Counted from the stretch's first letter, positions 11,990 through 27,188 are shown. The stretch is DNA of 50,837 bases from Intoshia linei (GCA_001642005.1 LWCA01000121.1:1-50837), one strand, 5' to 3'. Program-made: numbers and translations. The notes: a model not told the origin generated them from the sequence alone.

Positions 11990-14900
11990 TTAGTTATCTT
12001 GATATTGACTTTGTCGTTTATTTGTAACCAGGTTTTTCACGTCCGTGATATTGCCGTCTCCGATTTTGTGCAGGTTTAGTATATTATCAATATCGTTTGA
12101 ATCATGGCAAATTAAAGAATTATAAGAAACAGGAGTTGTGAATACATTAGATATTAAATAGTTATTAACACCTGCTTCGTTGCATTGAGTAAGATTCACT
12201 TTGAACTTTTGGTTTTGAATTCTCATATCTTTTCCGCTTTTTTTTTGAATTAACTGCAATGCGTGGTCTTCAGTGTCTATTTCCATTATGGCATCGTTTC
12301 GGAAGTTTCCCTAATATACATCTATTAGATAACATATGTATATACCTCGGAATCGTATACAAAATGAATCCCTCCTTTTTTTACGCCTACTATAGAATCG
12401 CCAATAAACTCCATAATATCATCTATCGAACTGTTATTTGGTAAACCCTGCACGACTATCATGTTATCTGGTCTATTTAGTTGTGAGTATATTAAATGTT
12501 CATGCGACATGTCTCCTATTATAATACGTACAATTTAATTAGCTAATTTCAGTAATATATTTGATGTATTTAAAATGTCAATATTATATATGTTTACCAA
12601 ATGAAACTCTGATATCGTTATTCTGTTTTAATAATTCCATAGGAATTCCATGGATTAAATCATCCGGAGGGTATAATGCATGGTTGAATAACTAAATTCA
12701 GTAATATAATCACATGATATAATCCCTAACTTAATTAGATAATATTTGTCTTTCGAGTACTGATTTATTATTTTATTTTATCTATATTAAACTTTCAAAA
12801 TAGGATTATAGTATAATTATTATATTATTTAAAAAATAATATATTGTAGTTGTACACTACAATCCATTTCCGAATAATGAGCCCACGAACATGACACTTT
12901 TTCTGTTTTAAAATGTATTTTATCGATCACAAAAATAGTATAGAACATGGCGACAAGTATAATGAGCAATAAAGGACGGATGGTATTATGATGATCCAAT
13001 ATGATATAATTTCCAATTATGATTCTACAAGTAAACCTGTTGTGCTTCTGCAGTTGAAATTGGAAATATTTCTACATGTCGTCCACGCATGCGGTGTTTG
13101 TGACATTCTATACAAGCTAGCTGATCTCTTTTGCATGACACTCTATACATTATTATTTTTTTACAATAACTTACGTAGCTATTGCATCACCAGTGAATGT
13201 ATTATTATTATCAAATAATAGTTCTATACCATCTCGTCCATTTAAAATCTCAACCTTAGCCTTACAGCTAAGAAAGTCGATCTAAATGTAATATCTCAAA
13301 TAAAATTGTATTTATATTACAATATCGGATTTTGTAACGGAAAAATATAGATTCCGAATTCTAACTAAATAATGGAATCCATCAGATCCTGTTTGAGACA
13401 AAAATTTTTGTGCGGCAATATGATATCCTAAATGTTTCCATATTTTCATTAAATATTGTACATACCTACTCCTTTACTTAAAAAATTGAAAGAATTCCCA
13501 CGTCTAACCTCTACAAAAATTAATCAATTTATAAATATTTTACCGATTGATCTGTTTTTCACATAACCCCCGTTTCTATCTAAAGCAAGTTCACGGTGAT
13601 CCGACGATTCAAACCACACAGATGCTTCTCCATTTCGTTTACGTCCATTTCCATGAGCTATTGCTATTCCGCCCCTACATATTTAATTATATAGTTAATA
13701 TATACCTTGTATATTTTACCTAATTATATTGAGTCCATAAAAAAAATAAAATATATCTGCGTTTGTAACACCCCAAGACAAACCTCTAATTCTGCATATT
13801 TGTGCATCTGGGATTGGAGTTAAATATGTACTATGAACAATAATTAATAATAATATGCATTCCTTACTATAAAAAATCGGGTTTCATAGTTTTGTAGACA
13901 ATTTCACTGTTAGCAAAGATAAAACCTAAAATTATTATTTTTACTTTTCTAATTTAATTTGATGAAAAGAATACGTTGTCTCAAAATTAATAAATCACAC
14001 CTAAAATAAAATGCATGGTGGATTATATATTGTAAAAAAATTGAAAAAAGATAGATTTATTTTCCAAATACATCCATTATAAATCTAATTTTTAGTGTCA
14101 GTAATTACTTCCATTTCTATATTATAAAAATTCCATAAGTATATAATTATCATAAAGTAATGACATGCACCTTATAAAATGTTAAGTGTTACGTTAACTG
14201 AAAACTTATTAAGTACGTTGCTGGCATACTCAAAATAATCAAAGTAAGCTACTTTCTGAACCGTATAGAGCAAAAAGTGGGACTTTTTTCCATTATTTAA
14301 TGTAATGATCCCGTAATAATCGGGTCCCATTATAAAACCTGAATACTGTATGTGAGTGCCATGAATGCGAACTTTTTGAATTGTAAAAATATAGTACCGA
14401 ATCTGTTAAAGTAATTTTCTATTTTAATTTTTTATGCTCACCCGAATTTTTTTTGACGAGCCTGTCGTACATCATTATGTATAATGTATATAGATATATT
14501 TTTTGTATATAGAAACAAGGAACATTCTATTATACTAATATTATGATATAATGATACTATACATATTATTATATATTATTATTATACATGTTATGTTACA
14601 TAATAGCATAACTTATGTAGAATATAAAGTATATGTTTTATATGCTAACTTGAATCCCCTTTTATATATTTAATTTAAATTTTATTAATTTAATTATTAC
14701 TATTTTTATTTCTACTTTACTATACGTATTATAACAATGAATATTTCTATAAATCATATAATATCTAACTATCATTCATCATTTTCTTTACAAAAGTATA
14801 AATATTATTGCAATTTTCTTCCAATATTTTGTTGTCCACCATAACATCACTTGCATTTATATTTCCAATTTTAATTCCTAATTATAATATATAATATTAA

Positions 14901-15542
14901 TAATAATATACTTGACTGAATTATAGGTAACTGAATATTTTTGTAACATTGATAAAATTTGACATATTCTTTTTGTATATTTAAAAAATCATAAAGCATA
15001 TTTGACAGTGTAATATTGAATTTCATTGCTATGGGATGTATTAATTGGCGTATAAATACTTCACCTAAACGGTTGTATGTATTTGGTGTTATATACCGAA
15101 TGTAGCCACAATATGTTTCTTTTTTGAAAAAATGCAATCCACTATTTCGCCATATTTATAATTCATTTCTTCTGGAACATTTAATTTTGATCCATTCAAT
15201 ATATCGTTTATCTATGGATTAATTTATACCTCATTCAATCTTACTTCTGTAATAATGTTGTTTACACTGTTTGTTCCGAAAGTTATTTCATAATCGGTAC
15301 CACTTTTAGTGTATAAATTTTTTTCTAACATCCATTTGTTAGTTTGAATTATCTATAAATTAGTATTACCTAAAACGAATATAAATATTGAAAACCTTTG
15401 ACATTTTGTTCCCATCTTCTTCAAACAAAAATACAGTTATGTGGTTTATTTGTATATTTTTATTGAAATGATATGTATTTGGAGGTTCAAATTTCTCCAC
15501 GTCTCTTTTTTCTTGAATGTAATGAAAAATTTGAAGTAACAT
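11990..15542 (-). CDS. ESRP/fusilli-like splicing regulator (N-terminal exonuclease-like domain + 3 qRRMs), multi-exon, divergent
   Basis: GEVFIRQLIHPIAMKFNITLSNMLYDFLNIQKEY resembles ESRP GQLHVRQILHPEA..FFDLRKEF. RRM1 reads CRIRGLSWGVTNADIFYFFYGLNI..GGIAIAHGNGRKRNGEASVWFESSDHRELAL; RRM3 reads IVVQGLPNNSSIDDIMEFIG..GGIHFVYD. Exon joins between about 14000 and 14790 are unresolved and the start ATG is tentative. Confidence 0.78.
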
Positions 15543-16266
15543 TGTTTGTTTAAATTACGGTTTTAATTGATTATTTTGATAAACGTATTGATTTGTAGAT
15601 AAAATATAATCTTATTTTTTTAACATGTGTTCCATATGAGATGAATAGTTCATTATTAATGAGATTAACAATTTAGTCAAATTATTATACGGAAACAAAC
15701 AGAATATTTAAAATAGTTTGATAATTACTAAGTGCATTAGTATTATTTTATTAATAGGTCTCGTAATTACGATGTTAACATCAACACTACATTCATAAAT
15801 ATTACATTATTATGTACTCAATACAAAAGGAGCTAGTCTTTATTAACCCATTTTTATGTTTAGATACGTTAAAACAGATTTATTTATTTTTTAAATATAT
15901 TTTAATTAATACTGATTAAATTGTTATTATAGGTAAAGCTGTCCCAACGTACCGCCACAATAGAAATAAATAGAATCACAATATATTATTAAAAATTTGA
16001 AAACCCGGTTTTCTTATAAAATCGGAAAATGCATCGATTTTTAAATATAATTTCTAAAAAGCTTCACAATTAAATGTAAGGTTAGTTATAAAATCGAACT
16101 TGGCATGTATATATGAAATGATATCTATATTAATCGAAAAAAGTATTTAAACCGAAATAAATCAACCAATGTTGTTAAGTTGAGAGAATAATTATTTCTC
16201 ATATTTTAGTTAAAACACCGGAAGGCTACACTGGCCGTTTAACCACGGCACGTGCCTGGTATAAAT

Positions 16267-16374
16267 CAGTGCCGGGTTTAGATTCTTCAGCGAGGGGCGA
16301 TATAATTATTAGGGGCTAATCATTATTACGCCAGGGAGCAGTCGCCCCCTTGCACCCACCTAGATCCGCTACTG
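16267..16374. mobile_element. hAT-type MITE, 108 bp, perfect 8-bp TSD
   Basis: Imperfect TIRs CAGTGCCGGGTTTAG / CTAGATCCGCTACTG, flanked by GTATAAAT at 16259-16266 and 16375-16382. Confidence 0.85.
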
Positions 16375-16649
16375 GTATAAATAAAATATATTAACTACTG
16401 AAAATAATAAATTTAAAATTATTTATTTCTTATCTACCTTCTTATTTATTTTAAAAATCCATTTAATTTTCTTCGAATAATAGGGTAAACTTATCGAATT
16501 TACACTCGTATCATCTAAAATGTGAACGTTTCATTAAAAATATACGATAAATATAATAAGATTAGATAATATTTTTACCAACCCATTACGTTAATATTAT
16601 TTTCTATCACCTCGTTAATAATACAAATTGTATATTTAATATAATTGTA

Positions 16650-17045
16650 CATTCAGACCTCTCAATACTGCCATTATATTTCAATTTTATAACAAACTTA
16701 TAACAAAATTTCTTATTACCGCCACAATTTTAAAATATTTTTAAAAGAAATTAATTAAAATGACTTAAACCCTTAATTTAAAATCATAAATATTTGAATA
16801 TAAATCAGTATTATAGAAATTATTAATCTGATTTTAATTATAGCTTACCAAATCCTAATTAAATTTAAAAACGCATTTGTTGGATGAATGGACTTTATTT
16901 TATCATTATTTTACTATATGAATGCTTATTAATACATAGTAACCGTATCCATGCTCTATTCGCTACAACTTTATACTCTCAATAACTCCAAACCCTCAAT
17001 ACGGCCATAAATATCGAAAAACCAAAATATTGAAAGGTCTGACTG
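16650..17045. mobile_element. Tc1/mariner-pogo-type MITE, about 396 bp
   Basis: TA-CATTCAGACCTCTCAATA ... TATTGAAAGGTCTGACTG-TA: 18-bp TIRs with 2 mismatches and TA flanks. Confidence 0.75.
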
Positions 17046-17268
17046 TATATTAAATTGTAATTTAATATAATCAAAAACAGTTTATCTGCGTTTTATTAAA
17101 GTAATATTGATATACTTGTTATTATAATAACTCTACTTTAATTTTAAAACTATAATGGTTAAGAATACGTATTAATTGGTGTGATTTTCTCAAATCGTAA
17201 ATATGTATTTTATTAATAATTATAAATTAATATATTTTATTTTAATAAATTCTACAACTATAAATATA

Positions 17269-18029
17269 TTAATATTCCTCGTCACTCTCCTCGTTTTCAA
17301 CTTTTATCAAATTGATATAATTTTCGTATATTAAACAACCCTTTTCTGAATCAATTGCTGCAGAATACATTTCTTCTAACTCCTCTACTTGGAAAGGCTC
17401 GCCTAGAAAATTGATTAATTGTTTTATAATTTAGTTACCATCTTCTGTCATATATTTGTTTAATTGATCTTGAGTAAGATATCCCAATTTTTCCGTGTCT
17501 AAGGTTTGAAAAGCTTTTAATAATTTTTCAGGGCTACATGGTTTATATCTTAAACAATAGATTAAAATGTATATTCTACTTCAATTACTTCCTTTCCATT
17601 AAAATTTTAGTAACTTTAGGTAGCATGGTGTTTAGTTTTATTATTCTGAGTGATTGTTCTTCTTCTAGCTACAGTATGAAAATACAATTCATAGTATATA
17701 ACCTCTGTAATAAGTTGGTTAATTTCTCCTTCAGATGGTGCGCATCCTAATGCTCGTAATACTGTTCCAAATTCTCTAAATAAAATTTTTTTTATTAATT
17801 TTAAATAACAGTGTATTTTAAACCAAATCATTGGGACAAATATAATTACAATACGTCTATTGTGTTATTATCATCATGATCGAAGATTTTGAAAATTTTT
17901 TTTATTTTTTCTTGTGTTTTGTGGATAACAGTTTCTGTATTTTTATTAGTAAAATATAAATAGCAAACAATATGTAGATAGAATGCACATATGATTTGAA
18001 TTACCTGCATTCTCCTTAAAACTATCCAT
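17269..18029 (-). CDS. EFCAB2: EF-hand calcium-binding domain protein 2 / dynein regulatory complex subunit 8
   Basis: Spliced: MDSFKENA|ETVIHKTQEKIKKIFKIFDHDDNNTIDV|EFGTVLRALGCAPSEGEINQLITE|..|YKPCSPEKLLKAFQTLDTEKLGYLTQDQLNKYMTED|GEPFQVEELEEMYSAAIDSEKG. Stop 17269-17271. Confidence 0.85.
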
Positions 18030-18058
18030 TTTCACTTCCTTGTGTATTTATACTTTAT

Positions 18059-18072
18059 ATTTCTTTGGATAC
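18059..18072 (-). promoter_or_regulatory. Candidate RFX X-box upstream of EFCAB2
   Basis: GTATCCAAAGAAAT on the minus strand, about 30 bp before the ATG; an imperfect match to GTNNCC-NN-RGNAAC next to a ciliary gene. Confidence 0.3.
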
Positions 18073-19428
18073 AATAAACACAGCACGTACAATTTAATTG
18101 ATAAAAAATTGTATAGTAAAATGATATAGTAGGTAATTTAAACAAGATTTATCAAAGTGGGCTTGCAGAAATATATAATATATTTAGCAAGAGAGATCAA
18201 TAGTATAAAATAATTTAACCAACAGTTACAAATATGCGTCAAACGCCCTTCATTATTATGTATATTTGCCATATACAAGAAGTATGATAAAGTATGTATA
18301 AAGAAGTACCACTGTACATCATTAGTTTTAAACAATAGACAATTTTTCGAGAATATTTCATAAAATCACATATTTAATATGATTTTATTTGAATGTAAAA
18401 TTTAAAAATAAAAAAAAAATTTTTATTCTTCCGTAAAAGAAAAAATAAATGTATTACTTAAAATGATAAGAATTACTTTATCTAGACTTACAAGAAACTG
18501 GTCATCGCATATAATAATGGTTACAAAAAATTTGACCCATCGATTATACTCTATCAGACTCGATCCTTAAAAAAGGTTGTCACTTGCATGGAGCAAAGTT
18601 TCCAACCCTATTCACCCTCGTCTAGATTAAGAATTGTTATATTTTAAATAATTCAAATTGAGCCAAAAATAATAATATATTGTATTATGATAGATATAAA
18701 TATATCGATAAACAGTACAGAATAAATGTAAATGTATATTACAATATTTCAATTATAAGTACACATTTACGTTCTCGATAAACAAATCGATACAAAGCAC
18801 ACATATTCTGAATCAGAAATTTTGATTCATAGATATTAGATATAAAATATTAAGACTTAAATGTAAAATTGCTTCCATGGAATCATTTATATAATTAAAA
18901 ATTAATCTAAGGAGATCGATTAAATGAATTTAAAATGTCAAATGATTTAAAATTTTTGAATGTTCTTAAAAAGATGCTAAAACACAACAGAATCTTTAAC
19001 AAAACAAAATAAGGTAATCATATCGTATTTATATATTAGTTTGTGTAAAGGTGAATCAGAAAGAACTAAATGAATGAAAAATGTAACATTTCTAAGATAG
19101 TAAGTTTATTTATAACCTGAACTGAATATTCAATATCTAAGCAATTACTTAATCTCCAAAATATTAGAGAAAACTTGGGCAACATTTAGTTAATTTGTAG
19201 ATATTTTCACATCTGCGAAAAATAAAAATAAACAATATGTTAATCTTTATAAAAGACTAACGTAATATGAACTACAAACCAGGCCTTTATAAAAGTAATC
19301 TAATTTAAAATTTTCAGATTGTATTTTATTTATTTTATTGAGCAAATAACTAAATTTAATAAAAAAGGATAAACTTTAGTCTATTGCTGAAGCTGAATAT
19401 TTGTTATTTTTAATAGATAATAATACTA

Positions 19429-21660
<2,232 letters not shown>

Positions 21661-21709
21661 TATATCAACAATAAATTTTTATAAAATACATGTATTTATT
21701 TTTTACAAA

Positions 21710-23713
21710 TTATGATTTCAGGTACCAAATATTATTAGATAAGGTCGTGTAATTTTGCATAATAGAAAATATATGTTTTTTTTTAATCATAAGAGATATT
21801 TCTGATTGTTTGTCATCTAATTTGCAATTTTGAGAAATTCTATAGTATACATAATTGCAAAGATGGTTTACATTAGAAACTGCGCCACTCATTCTAAGTT
21901 GGTCATTTATGATATGAATTGGAGAAATTTCAATTTCGGGATATTCGTGTAAAGGTGATAAGTATGTTGATATTGTTGTTGGACAAAGAGACAAATTCTT
22001 ACAAATGGAATCAGTAAAATAGTACAATACATATCTTCTTATTTGATCGAAATGACTTTGAAAGTAAACCCAAGAGTATAAAGTCACGTCGTTTATACAA
22101 ATTTTTACTATTCTTTTATTTTCTATAAAATGTTGAATAATAACCAACAATGTTTTATCATTTTTGAGGGTATTTATGTCGATTTTCGGTTTTAAATCGT
22201 TTGATTCAAAATTTGTCATGGAGTCTTTAAGTATGCTGTCGATTAACGAGTTGTAAAATGTACATAATTTCGAGTAAGACATTATAAATTTTTCTTGGAA
22301 TAAATTTTCAACAGTTTTTTTGGGGTCCTGTATTGGTGATTCATCGTCGCTAGATGATGAATAATTGCGCTTTCGTTTAGATTCTGATCCATCAGTTTCT
22401 ATTTTTAAATGTACTAAATCTTCTGCAGACAATTTCACATTTTTTCGTTTGTAAGCGTCTATAACAAGATTCTCCAATTTTTTATTTTCCTTTTTTATAA
22501 TTTTTGAAAATTTTGATAAAAATAATTCATCACGTGTTTCCTTCAAAACCCAAGTATTGTTAACTTGATTTCTAACCGCAATGTCGTGTAAAATTTTGTC
22601 CAAATAGTTATTTACAAAATTTTTATTTACCTGATTACCAATGGATTTTCGAGTAATAGAATTAAAGAGGTTTAATTTCCATAAAAGGTAGTTTCTACTA
22701 TCTTCTAAATCTACCGTTGAAATTATATTTTCCATCTCTGATTCATACTTGAACGCATATTGACTATTAACAACCCAGTTTCCTTGAATATTAACAGCTA
22801 CTTTTTCTAAAACTTTGAGAATAATTGCAGAAGACGTATTTATAGACAATTTTTCAGTTAATTTTCGAAATACCGCAATCTTTGCCGAAGAAATAATGTT
22901 TATAATTTGATTTGATACGTCTAGTTTTGACCTCCATAAGAGAGAATGAGGGATAAATGGGTTCACAACTCCAATAGTTGCAAGGTTCAAATCAATTATA
23001 GATGCTACATGGTTGTTTGTATAATCGTCACTGCTAAGCATATAAACATCATCTTGCAAGATTGAGTTATTTTTATCATACTTTATGTCAACGGCAACTG
23101 ATTGCAGTTTCTGATTTGAAAGTATTAAGGGTACTTTGTAACTAATATATTTGTAAAAATTGTCAGCACTTTGATCCAAAAGTGATTCAAAATTAATTAT
23201 TTTTTTCCAATCGGCTACTTTACAAAATGAATCGACTTTTGATTTAATACCAAATTTTACAGATATAGTTTTTTCTTTATTTGGTTTAATATCTATGCTT
23301 TCATCACTTTCACTGAAATGCTGTTCCTCTTCTTCTGTTATAACATCATTATTTGATTTTAGTGGCGTATATGCATTAGACGTAAAATTCAATTTCATTT
23401 TTAAATCCATACACTCTTCTACTATGTTTAAATTAATACTTTTTCCATCTTCTGAGATTACACCTGCATAGTGACAATTTCCAGTGTCTATGTTTGGACG
23501 AGTAATATAAGAAATATTGTCAACATCATTATCGTTAACATTTTGGTATTCGTTTGAACCACATTTGAATTCAAATATGTTACTAGCTACGTCAACATTT
23601 ACTTGGTTCATTGTTGCAACATTTTTATTATAGGTTTCTGGGTATTTTATAAGATAGAGAAGAGTATCCGAATTATTAAGATATACATCTAGTTCACTTA
23701 TTACTTCATCCAT
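21710..23713 (-). CDS. POLR3E: RNA polymerase III subunit RPC5 (Sin-like), single exon
   Basis: N-terminus MDEVISELDVYLNNSDTLLYLIKYP resembles RPC5 VVQEIDVYL..LYLFQYP; also HYAGVI and LEKVAVNIQGNWVVNS. First ATG at 23713, 667 aa. Confidence 0.82.
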   Translation of the reverse strand: MDEVISELDVYLNNSDTLLYLIKYPETYNKNVATMNQVNVDVASNIFEFKCGSNEYQNVNDNDVDNISYITRPNIDTGNCHYAGVISEDGKSINLNIVEECMDLKMKLNFTSNAYTPLKSNNDVITEEEEQHFSESDESIDIKPNKEKTISVKFGIKSKVDSFCKVADWKKIINFESLLDQSADNFYKYISYKVPLILSNQKLQSVAVDIKYDKNNSILQDDVYMLSSDDYTNNHVASIIDLNLATIGVVNPFIPHSLLWRSKLDVSNQIINIISSAKIAVFRKLTEKLSINTSSAIILKVLEKVAVNIQGNWVVNSQYAFKYESEMENIISTVDLEDSRNYLLWKLNLFNSITRKSIGNQVNKNFVNNYLDKILHDIAVRNQVNNTWVLKETRDELFLSKFSKIIKKENKKLENLVIDAYKRKNVKLSAEDLVHLKIETDGSESKRKRNYSSSSDDESPIQDPKKTVENLFQEKFIMSYSKLCTFYNSLIDSILKDSMTNFESNDLKPKIDINTLKNDKTLLVIIQHFIENKRIVKICINDVTLYSWVYFQSHFDQIRRYVLYYFTDSICKNLSLCPTTISTYLSPLHEYPEIEISPIHIINDQLRMSGAVSNVNHLCNYVYYRISQNCKLDDKQSEISLMIKKKHIFSIMQNYTTLSNNIWYLKS

Positions 23714-24112
23714 TTTTAAATAAATTTGAATAAACGATAAAGATAGAGCGATAAAATGCAACGAAAATATAAAAAAATTCACATAGTTACAGTTTAATTC
23801 TTTTATTGATAATTATCCAACTAGGCAACAGGGATAATGTTAGCTAACAGTTAGTTTTCTCATAGATCAGGGCAGAGGTAATTTTAACAAATTTTTACAA
23901 CAACAAATCAATTTGAAGTTAATTTTATTTAAAGTTTTCTACATAAATATTTCCGTGGAGTGGCTTCAGGAATGTTTTGTTTAAAAGTACGTGTAATAAT
24001 ATTAATACAGACTGCATACTAATAGAATCGTATTAGTCACTAATAATTTGTGTGTAAATTTTACAGTAAAATATTAAAAATTAAAGATTTCATAAATAAT
24101 GGATTATGTATT

Positions 24113-25242
24113 ACTTGCATTATGTCGACTTATATTAAATTATGTCGAGATGGAATTAAATTTATTTATATTAAAATAAAATCACCATAATTGTTTAAGA
24201 TAAATAATATTACAAATAACCTATTAAATAAATAAATAGTAAATAAGCATTTTTGTGGAGTTAAATTTAAGTGAATTATTAGCACTTAAAATTTGTATAA
24301 ATAATTTTAAACCTTACTTTGATACTGAGAAAGTTTAAATCTATTTTGAGAAAATGTCCAATTATTCATTATGAAATATTAAATGAGAAAATTACCCACG
24401 GCTGCAAATAAACGCTCTTGGGCCGCATGCAACCGTACGTTGTGCACCCCGGGTCTAGAATATAAAAAAATATTAGCACGAGGGTTAACGAAGAATGGTT
24501 AAGAATTAAGTACACAAATTGCGAATTAATGAATAAATTAAATAAAACGATTGAACTACGTAAGACACAAAAAATTTATTAGAAAGTAATATACTAATAT
24601 ATTTATACAATATATTNAAATTTATATTTTTAATATATTTATTCCAAATAACTTTTAACAACAGCTAAATCATTAAATGAAATGCGATGTAACATAATTA
24701 TGTCGATATTAGTAAGATGACTTGCATTATGTCGAGATGAATGGAATTAAATTGAAGTGAACTTGAATTAAATTTATTTATATTAGAATAAAATCACCGT
24801 AATCGTTCAAGATAAATAATATTACAAATAACCTATTAAGTTAGAATTATATTATAATCAAAATTTATCAATATCAAATAAATAAATAGTAAATAAGCAT
24901 TAAATTAAGAGTTAAATTTAAGTTAATTATTAGCACTTAAGATTATTTTGTTAAAATTTGTATAAATAATTTTAAAATTTACTTTGACACTGAGAAAGTT
25001 TAAATCTATTTTGAGAAAATTACCACGGCTGCAAATAAACGCTCTTGGGCCGCATGCGACTATACGTTGTGCACCCCGGGTCTAGAATATAAAAAAATAT
25101 TAGCACGAGAATTAACGAAGAATGGTTAAGAATCAAGTACACAAATTGCGAATTAATGAATAAATTAAATAAAACGATTGAACTACGTAAGACACAAAAA
25201 ATTTATTAGAAAGTAATATACTAATATATTTATACAATATAT
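24113..25242. repeat. Direct duplication of about 500 bp (24113-24616 vs about 24720-25242), separated by an N
   Basis: Near-identical blocks with indels. Both contain a hAT-like end GGGCCGCATGC...GTTGTGCACCCCG followed by GGTCTAGA. The single N at 24617 ends copy 1. Confidence 0.9.
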
Positions 25243-26506
25243 TATACAATTTATATATATATACAACATATCAAATAGTAACATAACTGTGAAAACAGTT
25301 GAACTAAGGGAGAATTAGATCCATATATGCCTAAATGGATTTTAATCTAAATAAAAAAATTAAAACTTGAATTTTATAAATATTTTACCATCATGATGAA
25401 AAAGCGACGAAGAACAAGATGAAATGCTAAAATCGCCGCTAATTCGATATTGTTTTTTCATTTTATATCAAACATACTCTTCTCTAGATTTTAGGCTTCG
25501 ACTATTATTTTGCCGTTTTTGTAATGATATAAGCCCGAGGTCATAGATTATGTCATTATATGTTAACTGAGTTCGTGATATGATCTCATTTGTTAACAAA
25601 ACGCAAATATCAAAATCGACATTAAAATGCGATATATCATAACAATATGTTTGAGAAAATATACTAATTAAATTTTTAAGCGACCAAAAAATCTTTCCAC
25701 GCAGCCCCTTATAGATGCTAATTCCTTGTGTGACTCAACATCTACTGGTTCTATTAAAGATGGACGATTCATTACATATTTTCTCAAACCTAAAGTGTCT
25801 GAATCCGGTCCCATATATCCAGAGTCGAGAATCATACCCCATCTCATATCACTTTCTTCGTCTGTTTCCTCAATTAAAAGCTTTTTCAGGTAGCCAAGAT
25901 AACTTTTAAAATTTCTTTTAAATGCTGAATAGTCATGTTCACTACCCAAAAAAACATCCTGAGAAAATAACGCATAGTGAGGTGGAGTGGTCATTACAGC
26001 TACCTCTTTTTTCAAAGCATTCATATTATTCTTACCATCGTACATATTTTTGGCATTTAATTCTACCCCGTGTGGTCTAAAATATCAATAAGATAAGTAA
26101 AATTAATAGTATAATACCTAAACATCTTTAGAGAAATGCTATCTACGGCCAGTCCTACAAATGGGAAATTTCCATCAAGTTTTTGTGGTCGTTTCTTGTT
26201 ACTCTACCATTTTTCGGAAAAAAGTTCCAAAAATGAAATTCTCATTCTTTCTATTGTTTTTTGTATTAAATTCGCATTAATTCCAAATATTTATAATATA
26301 CAACTGATTGATAATGAAATAACTCGTTTAATTTTAAAATAATAGAAACCATGTCATCTATATTTTTTATCATTATCATCATGTATATAAATAAATTTAA
26401 TTCGTAAAGTTTCAATTTAATTCCATTCATCTCGACATAATTCAATATAAGTCGACATAATGCAAGTCATCTTACTAATATCGATATAATTATGTTACTT
26501 CGCATT
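24680..26506 (-). mobile_element. PIF/Harbinger-like (DDE_Tnp_4-type) transposon relic with long inverted repeats
   Basis: Transposase motifs VGLAVDS, YDGKNNMNALKKEVAV, GSEHD, ILDSGY and VERFFGRLK (about 25500-26330, disrupted). Inverted repeats 24680-24756 and 26411-26506 carry repeated ATTATGTCGA. Confidence 0.8.
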
Positions 26507-27188
26507 TTATCCAATAAATAAATAACAATAATTTTAAAAAAAAATATAAATTTTTTTACGACTATATAAAATAATATTCTAACTATACAATTTCCATTCT
26601 CAATTACACAAAATGTCACAACTACACACTTCAAATAACCCCTGGATCAGGATGTAGTCGGGTGAGTTAAGGTTATCAAAGCATTTCCCAGTTTTATATT
26701 TTGATTTTTTTCTATAATTTACGATAGAATTATTCAAGAAATATATAATATTATTCAATTACTTCAATTGTTAGTTTTATGATTCATTCAAACGATTCAT
26801 ATTCTTTTTAGATCACCGTGAACAATTTTATAAAATGCTCACCTAAATAAATACGAATTTACAGTTATTATGTCAGTTATCTATTAAGTTCAATTATGAT
26901 GTCGGTATTGAACTACATTGATGGAATTAGATCAGTTCTAGTTTATATAGATAAAGATATTTAGATTCATTTCATCAAAAAATACAATCATGAATTTAGA
27001 TCATTAATTAAAATACGGTATGTTAAAGGGTCATTGAATAAAATATGTTAATGTTTTTAAATACACAACGTATTTAGATCATAGTTAAATATGATATATT
27101 TACAAAATTTGGACCACTTTTTATTTTCATCAAATAAAATAGGGTAAATATTAAATAATTTTAAAAAAATAGTTTTTAACGACGACAA

